A stretch of 64,000 nucleotides of DNA from Patescibacteria group bacterium (GCA_041660605.1 JBAZWB010000001.1:73295-137294); one strand, 5' to 3'; positions 50,700-58,825 are shown, counted from the stretch's first letter. A program made the numbers and translations. The notes: generated from the letters alone by a model not told the origin.

Positions 50700-51287
50700 A
50701 TGGCTGCTGAAGCGAATAGAGTATCAAAAAAATGGCCACGAATACTAATTATTTTTTTAGTAACAGTTTTTTATTTAGTCGTTCTGATTGGCATAAAACA
50801 TTTTCAGTCAAATTGGCTTGTCCATTCATGCACCACTGCTTCGGATTGCAGCGGCGATAGTGTATGCGAGGTAAATCCAGATGACACTGAAATGGTTAAA
50901 ACTGATTCAGATCTTGTATCGATATCCTTTAGGCTTAACCCTGGTGCGCATGGGTTTTGTAATAGTTATTCCAACACGGGTTATTTCGTTGAATCAAATG
51001 GCGAAGTGTGGTCGGGTTCTTCCGATTCATTCAGGCAGCCGCCAGTCGGTTATTTTTTAATTGGCGGGTATTTATTTGCTTTATTTTTTATAGTATTATT
51101 TATCATTTTTATAACTTCATTTATCCATTTTTTTACAAAAAAATCAGAGTTGCATAAGGAAGCCATAACCCCTGAAATGCAAAAAACCCTTGATTCGGAT
51201 ATTTTGCATTATAGGAAAAGAGTAATCAGGCAGGCAGTATATCTTGCTTTAGCCGCTGCTGGCATTGCAGGCTTAGCCTTACTTTAA
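50700..51287 (+). CDS. Membrane protein: TM, Cys-rich extracytoplasmic domain, TM, cytoplasmic tail
   Basis: Two hydrophobic helices flank a CTTASDCSGDSVCEV...GFCNSY domain. Confidence 0.45.
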   Translation: MAAEANRVSKKWPRILIIFLVTVFYLVVLIGIKHFQSNWLVHSCTTASDCSGDSVCEVNPDDTEMVKTDSDLVSISFRLNPGAHGFCNSYSNTGYFVESNGEVWSGSSDSFRQPPVGYFLIGGYLFALFFIVLFIIFITSFIHFFTKKSELHKEAITPEMQKTLDSDILHYRKRVIRQAVYLALAAAGIAGLALL

Positions 51288-51332
51288 TTTTATTGGGAAA
51301 ATAATCTGAGCATCATTTAATTTTGAAATCAT

Positions 51333-51710
51333 ATGACCGATAAAAAAAGCGTATTAATTGCCGAAGACGATGAGCCGGTAAGGCGGGTTATCAAGAATGA
51401 ATTGGAAAAAGCCGGCATCAAAGTCATTGAAGCGCAAAACGGCGAGGAGGCGCTGGCTATCTCTCTGAATGAGCACCCTTCGCTTATTTTACTGGATGTG
51501 CTAATGCCAAAAATGCACGGCATGGAATTCCTGCGCAAACTGCATGATGATGAATGGGGCAAAAGCGCGCGGGTCATTCTTTTGACCAATTTTGCCGAAG
51601 ACCCGCGGGTCCTGGAAGCGGTCAAGGAAGGCCGCTGTGGATTACTGAACAAAGCGGAGACCAGGCTTGAAGACGTGGTAGCCAAGATTAAAGAAAAGAT
51701 TGGCGCCTAA
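51333..51710 (+). CDS. Single-domain response regulator (CheY-like receiver)
   Basis: VLIAEDDEPVRRVI...LILLDVLMPKMHGMEFLRKL has the acidic pocket and the phospho-acceptor Asp context. Confidence 0.85.
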   Translation: MTDKKSVLIAEDDEPVRRVIKNELEKAGIKVIEAQNGEEALAISLNEHPSLILLDVLMPKMHGMEFLRKLHDDEWGKSARVILLTNFAEDPRVLEAVKEGRCGLLNKAETRLEDVVAKIKEKIGA

Positions 51711-51755
51711 TTGCAGATTAAAAACTACCAGTTATACAGCTGGCCGGCTATTTTT

Positions 51756-52403
51756 TTATGATAATGATTGTATCAGTTCTGCAGTTATCTCGTTATGAGA
51801 ACTGACAACATGATCAGCCAGAATAAGCGCATGCGGCGCAAGGCTATTGGCAATGGCTATACAGCGCAGGCCGGCGGCTTTGGCTGACTTGACTCCGGCT
51901 ACCGCGTCTTCAATCACCACGCATTCCGCAGCTGGCAAGCCGAGTTTTTTTAAAGTAAGCAAATAGGGTTCAGGATCAGGTTTGCTTTTGGCGAATTCTT
52001 CAGTAGTGACGGTAACCGTAAAATAATGGGCGAGCCCGAACTGTTTAAACACTTCATCCATCTCCGGCCTGGTAGCGCCGGTGGTTAGCGCCAGCCGGTA
52101 TGATGCGCTCAGGCGTTTAATAGTTTCCAGAGAATCTGGTACCAGTGGGATGCCATTTTTTACGAATTGCCAATAGAGTTTCATTTTTTGTTTGTACAAT
52201 TCATCCAGCGTCAGTGGGAGCCGGCGCCCTTCCATTAAATACTGGAAGCCTGCTAAATCTGACCGGCCAAGGATATGTTTCTGATATAATCGGTGATCCA
52301 GCTTGATACCCATTGGTTCTAATACTTCCCTGAAGGCCCGCTCGTGGAGCGGCTCGTCATCAATAATCACGCCGTTCATATCGAAAATAATTGCTTTTAT
52401 CAT
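51756..52403 (-). CDS. HAD-superfamily hydrolase (beta-PGM/phosphatase subfamily)
   Basis: MIKAIIFDMNGVIIDDE motif I. Second HAD paralog in the window. Confidence 0.8.
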   Translation of the reverse strand: MIKAIIFDMNGVIIDDEPLHERAFREVLEPMGIKLDHRLYQKHILGRSDLAGFQYLMEGRRLPLTLDELYKQKMKLYWQFVKNGIPLVPDSLETIKRLSASYRLALTTGATRPEMDEVFKQFGLAHYFTVTVTTEEFAKSKPDPEPYLLTLKKLGLPAAECVVIEDAVAGVKSAKAAGLRCIAIANSLAPHALILADHVVSSHNEITAELIQSLS

Positions 52404-52642
52404 ATGCTATGTAGTTTTTCATAGAGTCAATAAATTGTAAAGTTTATTTATAAAATTATCCAGGAGAAGGCCTCTGTGCCTGCGACTGGAGATTAAACGG
52501 CGAGCGCGGCCGCAGAGGGCCACGCTCGGAACTTAAAATTACTCCGCAATGGGCGGGTTAAGTTTGTATTTGAAATAAGTTTTGCTTTGTTTCTGTTTTT
52601 CCAGTAAAATACAGATAAGAAAGCGGTTTAAATATAAATCAT

Positions 52643-53023
52643 ATGCAATTTATCATCGCTGCCGGGCCGGTAATCATAGAAAACAACAAAGTCCTGGTTA
52701 ATAAGCACGGCGGTACTGATTTTTGGAAATTTCCCGGCGGAAGCATGGATGATAACGACGGGTTAGATCTGGAAAAGGCAGCCAAACGCGAGGCGAAGGA
52801 AGAAATGGGCATAGATATTGAGATCGTCAAGCCCTTAAGCACGTTATTATCAAAAAAAGGCGAGAGTATAGTTGTGCTCGTGCATTATTTAGCCAAAAGA
52901 ATAGGGGAGATTAATCCAGGAAAAGATATCCGCGAGTGGAAATGGCTGGATATTAATAATCTGCCGGATGACGTCGGACCTAATATTAAACCTATAATAA
53001 AAGAGTATTTTAAAATTAAATAA
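52643..53023 (+). CDS. NUDIX hydrolase
   Basis: Nudix box GGSMDDNDGLDLEKAAKREAKEEMGI. Confidence 0.8.
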   Translation: MQFIIAAGPVIIENNKVLVNKHGGTDFWKFPGGSMDDNDGLDLEKAAKREAKEEMGIDIEIVKPLSTLLSKKGESIVVLVHYLAKRIGEINPGKDIREWKWLDINNLPDDVGPNIKPIIKEYFKIK

Positions 53024-53033
53024 ATAAAAAAAT

Positions 53034-54323
53034 ATGTCTCTTGAACAAAAAGATAATAAAATTTTTCATGCCCTAGCTGACGAATTAAAGCGCCAGCAGG
53101 AAGGCCTGGAAATGATTCCGTCAGAAAATTATGTTTCCCCGGAAGTGCTGGAGGCCCTGGGCACAGTTTTGACAAATAAATATTCAGAAGGTTTCCCCGG
53201 GAAGCGATATTACGGCGGCAACCAGTTTATTGATGTTATAGAAAAAACCGCAGTCGACAGAGCCAAACGGCTTTTTGGCGTAGAACATGCGAATGTCCAG
53301 CCATATTCCGGTTCGCCGGCAAATCAGGCGGTTTATCTGGCTCTATTGAAACCAGGTGATAAAGTGATGGGACTGAGTTTGACTCACGGCGGGCATTTAA
53401 CCCATGGTTGGAAAGTTAATTTTTCCGGCTTAACTTATCATTCAGTGCCGTACGGAGTAGATAAAGAGACAAATTTGATTGATTATGAGGCGCTTTTAAA
53501 TTTGGCCAAGAAGGAAAAGCCGAAAATGATTATTGCCGGCGCCACGGCATATCCCCGTGAAATTGACTTCAAAGCGTTCGGACAGATTGCCCAGGAAGTA
53601 GGGGCTTATTTACTGACTGATGCTTCTCATATTGCCGGTTTGATCATCGCCGGCGTCCACCAGTCGCCGGTGCCTTATTCCGACGTAGTGATGACTACAA
53701 CCCATAAAACATTGCGCGGTCCCCGCGGCGCCATTCTGATGTGCCCGCATAAAACCGACCGCCTCAAGGAAAAATACCACGAGGAGTCCAAATGGAACCT
53801 GGCTGAACTGGTTGACCGGGCGGTTTTCCCGGGATTGCAGGGCGGTCCGCATAACCACCAGACGGCGGCTATCGCCGTGTCCCTGAAAGAAGCCAGCACG
53901 CCGGAATTTAAAAAGTACGGCGAGCAGGTGGTAAAAAATTCTAAAGCACTGGCAGAGGGATTACTGGAAAATAAGTTCAATCTGGTTACCGGAGGGACGG
54001 ATAACCATTTAATTCTTATTGACCTCAATAATAAGGAAATCTCCGGACGTGAGGCGGAAGAGCTGCTTGATTCAGTGGGCATTACGGTGAACAAAAATAT
54101 GGTGCCCTTTGATCCCAGAAAACCCATGGATCCATCCGGCATCCGGCTGGGTACGCCGGCCCTAACTACCCGCGGATTCAAAGAAGCGGATATGGCGGTG
54201 GTGGCCAGTCTGATCGCCGACATCATTCATAATCAAAAAAAGGAGATAGTGAAGGAAGAGGTAGCGAAAAAAGTGCGGGAGTTAACGGAAAAATACCCGA
54301 TTTATAAAAGTTTAGGGGAGTAG
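53034..54323 (+). CDS. glyA: Serine hydroxymethyltransferase
   Basis: LEMIPSENYVSPEV N-terminus and the TTTHKTLRGPRG PLP-lysine motif. Confidence 0.95.
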   Translation: MSLEQKDNKIFHALADELKRQQEGLEMIPSENYVSPEVLEALGTVLTNKYSEGFPGKRYYGGNQFIDVIEKTAVDRAKRLFGVEHANVQPYSGSPANQAVYLALLKPGDKVMGLSLTHGGHLTHGWKVNFSGLTYHSVPYGVDKETNLIDYEALLNLAKKEKPKMIIAGATAYPREIDFKAFGQIAQEVGAYLLTDASHIAGLIIAGVHQSPVPYSDVVMTTTHKTLRGPRGAILMCPHKTDRLKEKYHEESKWNLAELVDRAVFPGLQGGPHNHQTAAIAVSLKEASTPEFKKYGEQVVKNSKALAEGLLENKFNLVTGGTDNHLILIDLNNKEISGREAEELLDSVGITVNKNMVPFDPRKPMDPSGIRLGTPALTTRGFKEADMAVVASLIADIIHNQKKEIVKEEVAKKVRELTEKYPIYKSLGE

Positions 54324-54370
54324 GTAGTAAAGGCAAATAGGAGCTAAAGGCTAAAAGGAGGAAGAGTAAG

Positions 54371-54500
54371 ACACGCCCCCATTGTCGTAGGTTAATTTTA
54401 AAGCTATATCCTGAAACAAGTTCAGGATGACAGTAATTAGTAAAAACCTTTGTCACCCTGAATTTATTTCAGGGTATGGGCGTGGCCTGGCGTACGCAGG
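54371..54500 (+). promoter_or_regulatory. Structured glyA-folD intergenic element with two near-identical palindromes (CCTGAA-N5-TTCAGG)
   Basis: CCTGAA acaag TTCAGG at 54410-54426 and CCCTGAA tttat TTCAGGG at 54456-54474. They are enclosed by a possible long-range pairing CACGCCC (54373-79) with GGGCGTG (54478-84). Confidence 0.3.
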
Positions 54501-54595
54501 AGGGGTATTCGTTGTTTTATGAGGTGAAACATACTTCGATTTTTAATATCCAAAATGTGTCAACTGAACGTTTAATATGCTAGAATACAGATATT

Positions 54596-55438
54596 ATGAA
54601 GGGAAAAGCGAATATAATTGATGGAAATAAAATAGCCGAATCAATACGAGCTGAGTTGACACGGCGTGTAGCTGATTTTTCTGCGCCGCCTGGTTTGGCG
54701 ATTATTTTGATCGGCGACGATCCGGGTTCGCACACCTATGTCCACTTGAAAGAAAAGGCGGCCCGGGAAATTGGCATATATTTTGAGAAGCACCTGTTTC
54801 CGGCCAATATCGCAGAGAAAAAAATTATCGATTTGATCGAGTCATTGAATAAAAATTCATCAATACATGGTATCGTAGTGCAGTTTCCGCTGCCCTCGGG
54901 ATGGCGCAAGGATAATATCATTGACGCTATTTCCGTGGAAAAAGACGTGGACGGTTTCCATCCTGACAACGTCAAAGCTCTGCTGGCAGACAGGCCGCTC
55001 ATTGTCCCGGGGCTGGCCACTGGCATCATGGAACTGATACAGAGTACCGGCGTGCCGCTTCAGGGAAAGCAGGCTGTTATTCTGGCCAACAGTAAGGTAT
55101 TTTCAGGGCCACTGGGGCATTTGTTGCGCCAGCAGGGGGTAGCGGTCTCCGCCTGTAATCCCGAGCAAGCTGACTGCCAGCTAATTTCCCAAAAAGCGGA
55201 TATTCTGGTAGTAGCTATTGGCCGGCCAGGATTAATAAAAGCCGAAGTAGTAAAAAAAGGCGCCATTGTTATTGATGTCGGGTATAACCGTGTTGCCGGT
55301 CGGCCGGTAGGCGACGTGGATTTTGATTCAGTCCAGGAAAAAGCCGGCTGGATCACGCCGGTGCCCGGCGGAGTCGGCCCCATGACCGTGGCCATGCTTT
55401 TAAAAAATGTTTTTACGGCTTATGAAAAGCAGAAGTAA
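54596..55438 (+). CDS. folD: Bifunctional methylenetetrahydrofolate dehydrogenase/cyclohydrolase
   Basis: ANIIDGNKIA...PGLAIILIGDDPGSHTYV...GIVVQFPLP. Confidence 0.95.
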   Translation: MKGKANIIDGNKIAESIRAELTRRVADFSAPPGLAIILIGDDPGSHTYVHLKEKAAREIGIYFEKHLFPANIAEKKIIDLIESLNKNSSIHGIVVQFPLPSGWRKDNIIDAISVEKDVDGFHPDNVKALLADRPLIVPGLATGIMELIQSTGVPLQGKQAVILANSKVFSGPLGHLLRQQGVAVSACNPEQADCQLISQKADILVVAIGRPGLIKAEVVKKGAIVIDVGYNRVAGRPVGDVDFDSVQEKAGWITPVPGGVGPMTVAMLLKNVFTAYEKQK

Positions 55439-55946
55439 AAAATTCTTCCGTTTTTGTCCGCACTGCGGCGGATTTTTGGAAATGAAGAACAGGGAGGGGC
55501 GTAGGAGATTAATCTGCAAAAAGTGCGGATATATTTTATATCAGAATTCCGTGCCTACGGTTACCGCGTTGATTTTGGATAAGCGCGGCAGGATACTGCT
55601 GACACGGCGCGGTATCCGTCCGAAATACGGCTGCTGGGATTTACCCGGCGGCTTCTTGGAAAACGGCGAAGATCCTATAGCTGGTTTAAAAAGGGAAATC
55701 AGGGAGGAGTTAGGGGCTACTTTGCTAAAAATAAAATACCTTGGCGTTTATATTGATAAATATTTCCACCAGAGCACGATTAATACCCTGAATCTTTTTT
55801 ATGAAGCCAGGATTGGCCGGGGAACGTTAAAAGCTCTGAGCGATATCAGCGGCTACCGTTGGTTTGAATACAAGAAAATTCCTATGAATAAAATCGCCTT
55901 CAAATGGAATAAAACCGCACTGAAAGACTGGCGCCGTGGCCGATGA
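55422..55946 (+). CDS. NUDIX hydrolase with an N-terminal zinc ribbon (NudC-like architecture)
   Basis: CPHCGG..CKKCG zinc ribbon and Nudix box GGFLENGEDPIAGLKREIREELG. The real start is probably the ATG at 55422, overlapping the folD 3' end by 17 nt. Confidence 0.75.
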   Translation: MKSRSKKFFRFCPHCGGFLEMKNREGRRRLICKKCGYILYQNSVPTVTALILDKRGRILLTRRGIRPKYGCWDLPGGFLENGEDPIAGLKREIREELGATLLKIKYLGVYIDKYFHQSTINTLNLFYEARIGRGTLKALSDISGYRWFEYKKIPMNKIAFKWNKTALKDWRRGR

Positions 55947-56038
55947 ACTGTCACGCCGGTAATTAAATGTTTTTTTTGACTGCTATCCTTCTTCGTCCCG
56001 CAAATACGGGGCTACGAAGGGTTTTCCTTATTTTATTT

Positions 56039-56068
56039 CTCCGCAGTCAACTGCGGAGTTTATTTATT
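56039..56068 (+). terminator. Rho-independent terminator (second of two tandem plus-strand terminators after the NUDIX gene)
   Basis: CTCCGCAG-tcaa-CTGCGGAG followed by TTTATTTATT. An upstream imperfect hairpin at 55988-56038 is also followed by a T-rich tract. Confidence 0.65.
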
Positions 56069-56070
56069 GA

Positions 56071-56114
56071 GGAAAATAAATGAACCGCCGTGGCAAGGTT
56101 GCCGACGGCGGTTC
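56071..56114 (-). terminator. Rho-independent terminator for minus-strand gene 56123..57007
   Basis: GAACCGCCGTgGCAA-gg-TTGCcgACGGCGGTTC hairpin followed on the minus strand by a T-run (plus-strand AAAATAAA at 56073-56080). Confidence 0.55.
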
Positions 56115-56122
56115 GAGTAATC

Positions 56123-57007
56123 TCAGACGGAGACTCGACGCGAGAAGAACAAATTCATTACGGTTCGGAAGTCCAGCTCAGGGAAAATCTCGGAAACATA
56201 GATCTCCATGATTTTCGCCTGGCGCCTGACCTTAATGAGATGCTGCTCCATTTCTGCAAATGATTTGCGTGAAAGATCCCAGATAAGCGGGTTACTGTTG
56301 CAAACCATGCCCCAGCGCCAGTCGAGGCCGTATTTGGCCTGGATTCTCAGCATCAAATGGAAGTCGTCCATACCGGCAATCTGGATTTGTCTGCTTTCGA
56401 TTTCGATAGTTTCATCTTGCCGTCCGTCGCAGCGGGTATCAAAGCCGCTGAATTCAGCCAGTGTCTGATATTCCCACAAACAGACAGTATTTTGTGCTAC
56501 ACTCCACTGGTAGTATTCCCAGTGGTTCTGTCGGTAACAGCCGCAGACTTTTAGATGATACCGATCACTGGTTCTGATCATCTCACTGATGACGAAGGGG
56601 TTGATTAACATCTCTTTTGAGAGAACAAGTAGCCAGTGCGGTAGGTTATTCCAGTGGGAAATCACCTCAATTACCTTATTGATGGCGGCGCAACTTCCCG
56701 GATTCAATCCCCAGTTGTTACAGGCAACAGGGGTGACTTTTTCAGACGAAAAAGTATCCGTTATTAGTCTCGTGGTTGGTGTACTGCCGTCATCATCCGG
56801 TAGTTCAGCCAGCTTTGATCCTGGCTCAGCATTGGTCACGACATAAATGTGCCGTACATGCGGACTTGCTAGTATGCTGTTGATTGTGTATAGCAGGCTG
56901 CTTTTATATGCCTGCCATTCCTCATCGCTGATTTTTCGGCCCCCCTTACCAATACCAGCTTTGAAACTCCTGATGATCACATCAGTTGAGCCTTCAAATT
57001 CGATCAC
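56123..57007 (-). CDS. Hypothetical Trp/Cys-rich protein, 294 aa
   Basis: GTG start preceded by GGAGGT. It has its own perfect promoter and terminator. No family recognised. Confidence 0.55.
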   Translation of the reverse strand: MIEFEGSTDVIIRSFKAGIGKGGRKISDEEWQAYKSSLLYTINSILASPHVRHIYVVTNAEPGSKLAELPDDDGSTPTTRLITDTFSSEKVTPVACNNWGLNPGSCAAINKVIEVISHWNNLPHWLLVLSKEMLINPFVISEMIRTSDRYHLKVCGCYRQNHWEYYQWSVAQNTVCLWEYQTLAEFSGFDTRCDGRQDETIEIESRQIQIAGMDDFHLMLRIQAKYGLDWRWGMVCNSNPLIWDLSRKSFAEMEQHLIKVRRQAKIMEIYVSEIFPELDFRTVMNLFFSRRVSV

Positions 57008-57062
57008 TTTACCTCCAGTATGTTAATTATTCATAATAATCAAGGTGCGATAATAGCTGATG

Positions 57063-57091
57063 ATTATACATCGGTTGTTAATAAATGTCAA
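57063..57091 (-). promoter_or_regulatory. Perfect consensus sigma70 promoter (minus strand) TTGACA-N17-TATAAT
   Basis: The minus-strand reading is TTGACAtttattaacaaccgatgTATAAT. On the plus strand this is TGTCAA at 57086-91 and ATTATA at 57063-68. Confidence 0.55.
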
Positions 57092-57100
57092 TGGTAAAAC

Positions 57101-57134
57101 AAAAAACCCGGAGGATTTTGCCCCGGGCTTTTTA
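57101..57134 (-). terminator. Hairpin with flanking A- and T-runs (bidirectional terminator geometry) after the Asn-rich protein gene
   Basis: AAAAAA-CCCGG-aggattttgc-CCGGG-CTTTTTA. Confidence 0.5.
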
Positions 57135-57151
57135 TGTGAAAATTTTATTTT

Positions 57152-57892
57152 TTAATTTGAAAGTTTGCCTGTACCATTTGGGTTGTAACCAGCGTCCACT
57201 TCAGCTCCGTCAAGGTAGCCGTCGCCGTCAGTGTCGGGATTTTTTGGATCTGCGTCATATAGTTTTTCACGCAAGTCGGATAGACCGTCACCGTCAGAAT
57301 CAAGCACCTGGTTGGTATTGGCGTTGGCATTTGAATTCAGGTTAGCCGCTGTGTTGGTATTCAGATTTGTATTAAGGTTTGAGTTCAGTGCCTGGTTGGT
57401 ATTGAGGTTTAGATTTGACGCGTTGGTATTGGCGTTGCGATTGAGGTTGGTGTTGGAATTAGCGTTGACATTCACTTCCGAGTTGGCGTTGACTTCGGTA
57501 TTTTCATTATTGGCGTTATTCGTATTGGTTACGTACTGCAATATTAATATCGCACCAGCGATTAAAACCGCCAGTATGGCAAATATCATTAAACTGATCA
57601 TTATATATTTTCTTTTGCTGGGTTTTGGCGGTTCTGGCGGCAATGAACTGGGTATGCTAAATTTGGTTGCCGGCGGTTCTGGCGGCAGTTCTCTCGGAGG
57701 CATCCCCATGGGTGAAGCTTGTCGCAGCGGCGGCATCCCAACAGGAGTTGCTTGCCTTAATGGGGGCGGAGGGGTTGGCCCGGCTGGTCTACCTAAATCG
57801 CTGACTGGTTTCCAAGGGCCCCAATTTTTTGGCTGAGTGGGCGTACTGCTTGGCTGATTTGATTGCGTTGGCTTTTGGACATTTTCAAACAT
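57152..57892 (-). CDS. Low-complexity membrane-anchored protein: Pro-rich N-terminus, TM helix, Asn/Thr-rich (NxN)n repeat region, C-terminal thrombospondin-type-3-like Ca-binding DxDxDG repeats
   Basis: PTPPPPLRQATPVGMPP..., TM IMISLMIFAILAVLIAGAILIL, NANSEVNVNANSNTNLN..., DSDGDGLSD...DPKNPDTDGDGYLDG. Confidence 0.6.
   Translation of the reverse strand: MFENVQKPTQSNQPSSTPTQPKNWGPWKPVSDLGRPAGPTPPPPLRQATPVGMPPLRQASPMGMPPRELPPEPPATKFSIPSSLPPEPPKPSKRKYIMISLMIFAILAVLIAGAILILQYVTNTNNANNENTEVNANSEVNVNANSNTNLNRNANTNASNLNLNTNQALNSNLNTNLNTNTAANLNSNANANTNQVLDSDGDGLSDLREKLYDADPKNPDTDGDGYLDGAEVDAGYNPNGTGKLSN
57300..57520 (-). repeat. Cryptic short tandem repeats (GTTGGTATTGAG-like 12-15-mers) inside the Asn-rich protein gene
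   Basis: Read directly: reiterated ggtattgg/gttggcgtt/gaggtt units encoding N-x-N on the minus strand. Confidence 0.5.
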
Positions 57893-57910
57893 AATTTTAT
57901 ATGATTAATA

Positions 57911-57960
57911 GCTTATAGCGCATGGCTTATAGCAAATGGCATATTGCTAATAGCAAATGG
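57911..57960. repeat. Three tandem copies of GCTTATAGC(R)NATGG in the promoter region of the Asn-rich protein gene
   Basis: GCTTATAGCGCATGG, CTTATAGCAAATGG and GCTAATAGCAAATGG. Related copies lie at 58715-58750. Confidence 0.6.
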
Positions 57961-57992
57961 TTTATATGTACAATAATAACATTTTTTAAAAC

Positions 57993-58709
57993 CTATGACA
58001 ATAAAATGACAGCCAGAGCGGCAATAGCAGCCGTTTCTGCGCGTAAAATTCGCTTGCCCAGGCTGACTATTTGGATGTTGTTTGTCTTTGCCAGGTCAAT
58101 TTCCTGGGGTGAAAAACCGCCTTCCGGGCCGATAAACAGGTGATATTCGCTAATTTGCGGATCAATTATTCCGGCGAGTTTATTTTTGCCCTCACCTTCC
58201 CAGGCAATTATTTTTTGCCCGGGGTTTTTTGCCGCCTGCGAGACAGCCTGGCTAAAATCGACAGTTTTTTCCAGGTGGCAGAGATTCAGCCCGCCGCATT
58301 GTTCGGTCGCTTCCTGGATTATTTTTTGGTACCGCCCCTGTTTGTTGGCAGAGATTTCCCTGACAATGGAATTGTCACTGACTACCGGCACGACAGTTTG
58401 TACGCCTAGCTCTACGGCTTTTTGCAGGATCCATTCAAATTTGTCTTTTTTCAGCAGAGATTGATATAGCGTAAGTTTCTTTTTTGGCTCCCTTGAAGGT
58501 TTTGATGTTTCAATAACAGCGGTCTGGACGGTTTTGCCATCAGTTTGAATTAAAGCCAGCTGATATTCAGCCTGGGGCGTAAATATGATAAACAGGTCGT
58601 CTTTTTTCAGGTGAAGTATTTTGGTCAGCTGATACACGATTTGCCGGTCGTTAATGGTCAGCCGATCGTTTTTAATATTAACTTGTGCTTGGTAAAAACG
58701 GGGGAGCAT
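57993..58709 (-). CDS. rsmE: 16S rRNA (uracil1498-N3)-methyltransferase RsmE family
   Basis: MLPRFY N-terminus; the ORF-track upstream extension to 58877 is discounted. PUA-like N-domain, IGPEGGFSPQE and SLGKRILRAETAAIAAL C-terminal SPOUT motifs. Confidence 0.8.
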   Translation of the reverse strand: MLPRFYQAQVNIKNDRLTINDRQIVYQLTKILHLKKDDLFIIFTPQAEYQLALIQTDGKTVQTAVIETSKPSREPKKKLTLYQSLLKKDKFEWILQKAVELGVQTVVPVVSDNSIVREISANKQGRYQKIIQEATEQCGGLNLCHLEKTVDFSQAVSQAAKNPGQKIIAWEGEGKNKLAGIIDPQISEYHLFIGPEGGFSPQEIDLAKTNNIQIVSLGKRILRAETAAIAALAVILLS

Positions 58710-58714
58710 GGGGT

Positions 58715-58750
58715 TATTATAGCATATAGCGTATGGTTTATAGCATATGG
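58715..58750. repeat. 2.5 tandem copies of TATAGC(A/G)TATGG immediately upstream of rsmE (minus strand), in a divergent promoter region with ychF
   Basis: TATAGCATA, TATAGCGTATGG and TTTATAGCATATGG. Confidence 0.55.
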
Positions 58751-58808
58751 ATAATGGATTTATAAATAAAAAAGGTTTAATATTGACAACTATACGCCAT
58801 AAGCTATG

Positions 58809-58817
58809 TGCTATAAT
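58809..58817 (+). promoter_or_regulatory. Extended -10 element TGcTATAAT, 8 nt upstream of the ychF ATG (possible leaderless transcript)
   Basis: Read directly. No Shine-Dalgarno sequence lies between the -10 element and the ATG at 58826. Confidence 0.35.
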
Positions 58818-58825
58818 AATATCAT

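Noticed and set aside
53610-54226. Minus-strand ORFs inside glyA
   Set aside because: They are antisense to a highly conserved enzyme gene.
57231-57836. 201-aa plus-strand ORF antisense to the Asn-rich protein gene
   Set aside because: It is a low-complexity mirror-frame artefact of the repeat tract. The minus-strand gene has the start context, a TM helix and the Ca-binding repeats.
57911-58750. CRISPR array considered because of short tandem direct repeats near rsmE
   Set aside because: The units are 12-15 nt and contiguous, with no spacers of 25-40 nt and only 2-3 copies. No cas genes are present in the window.
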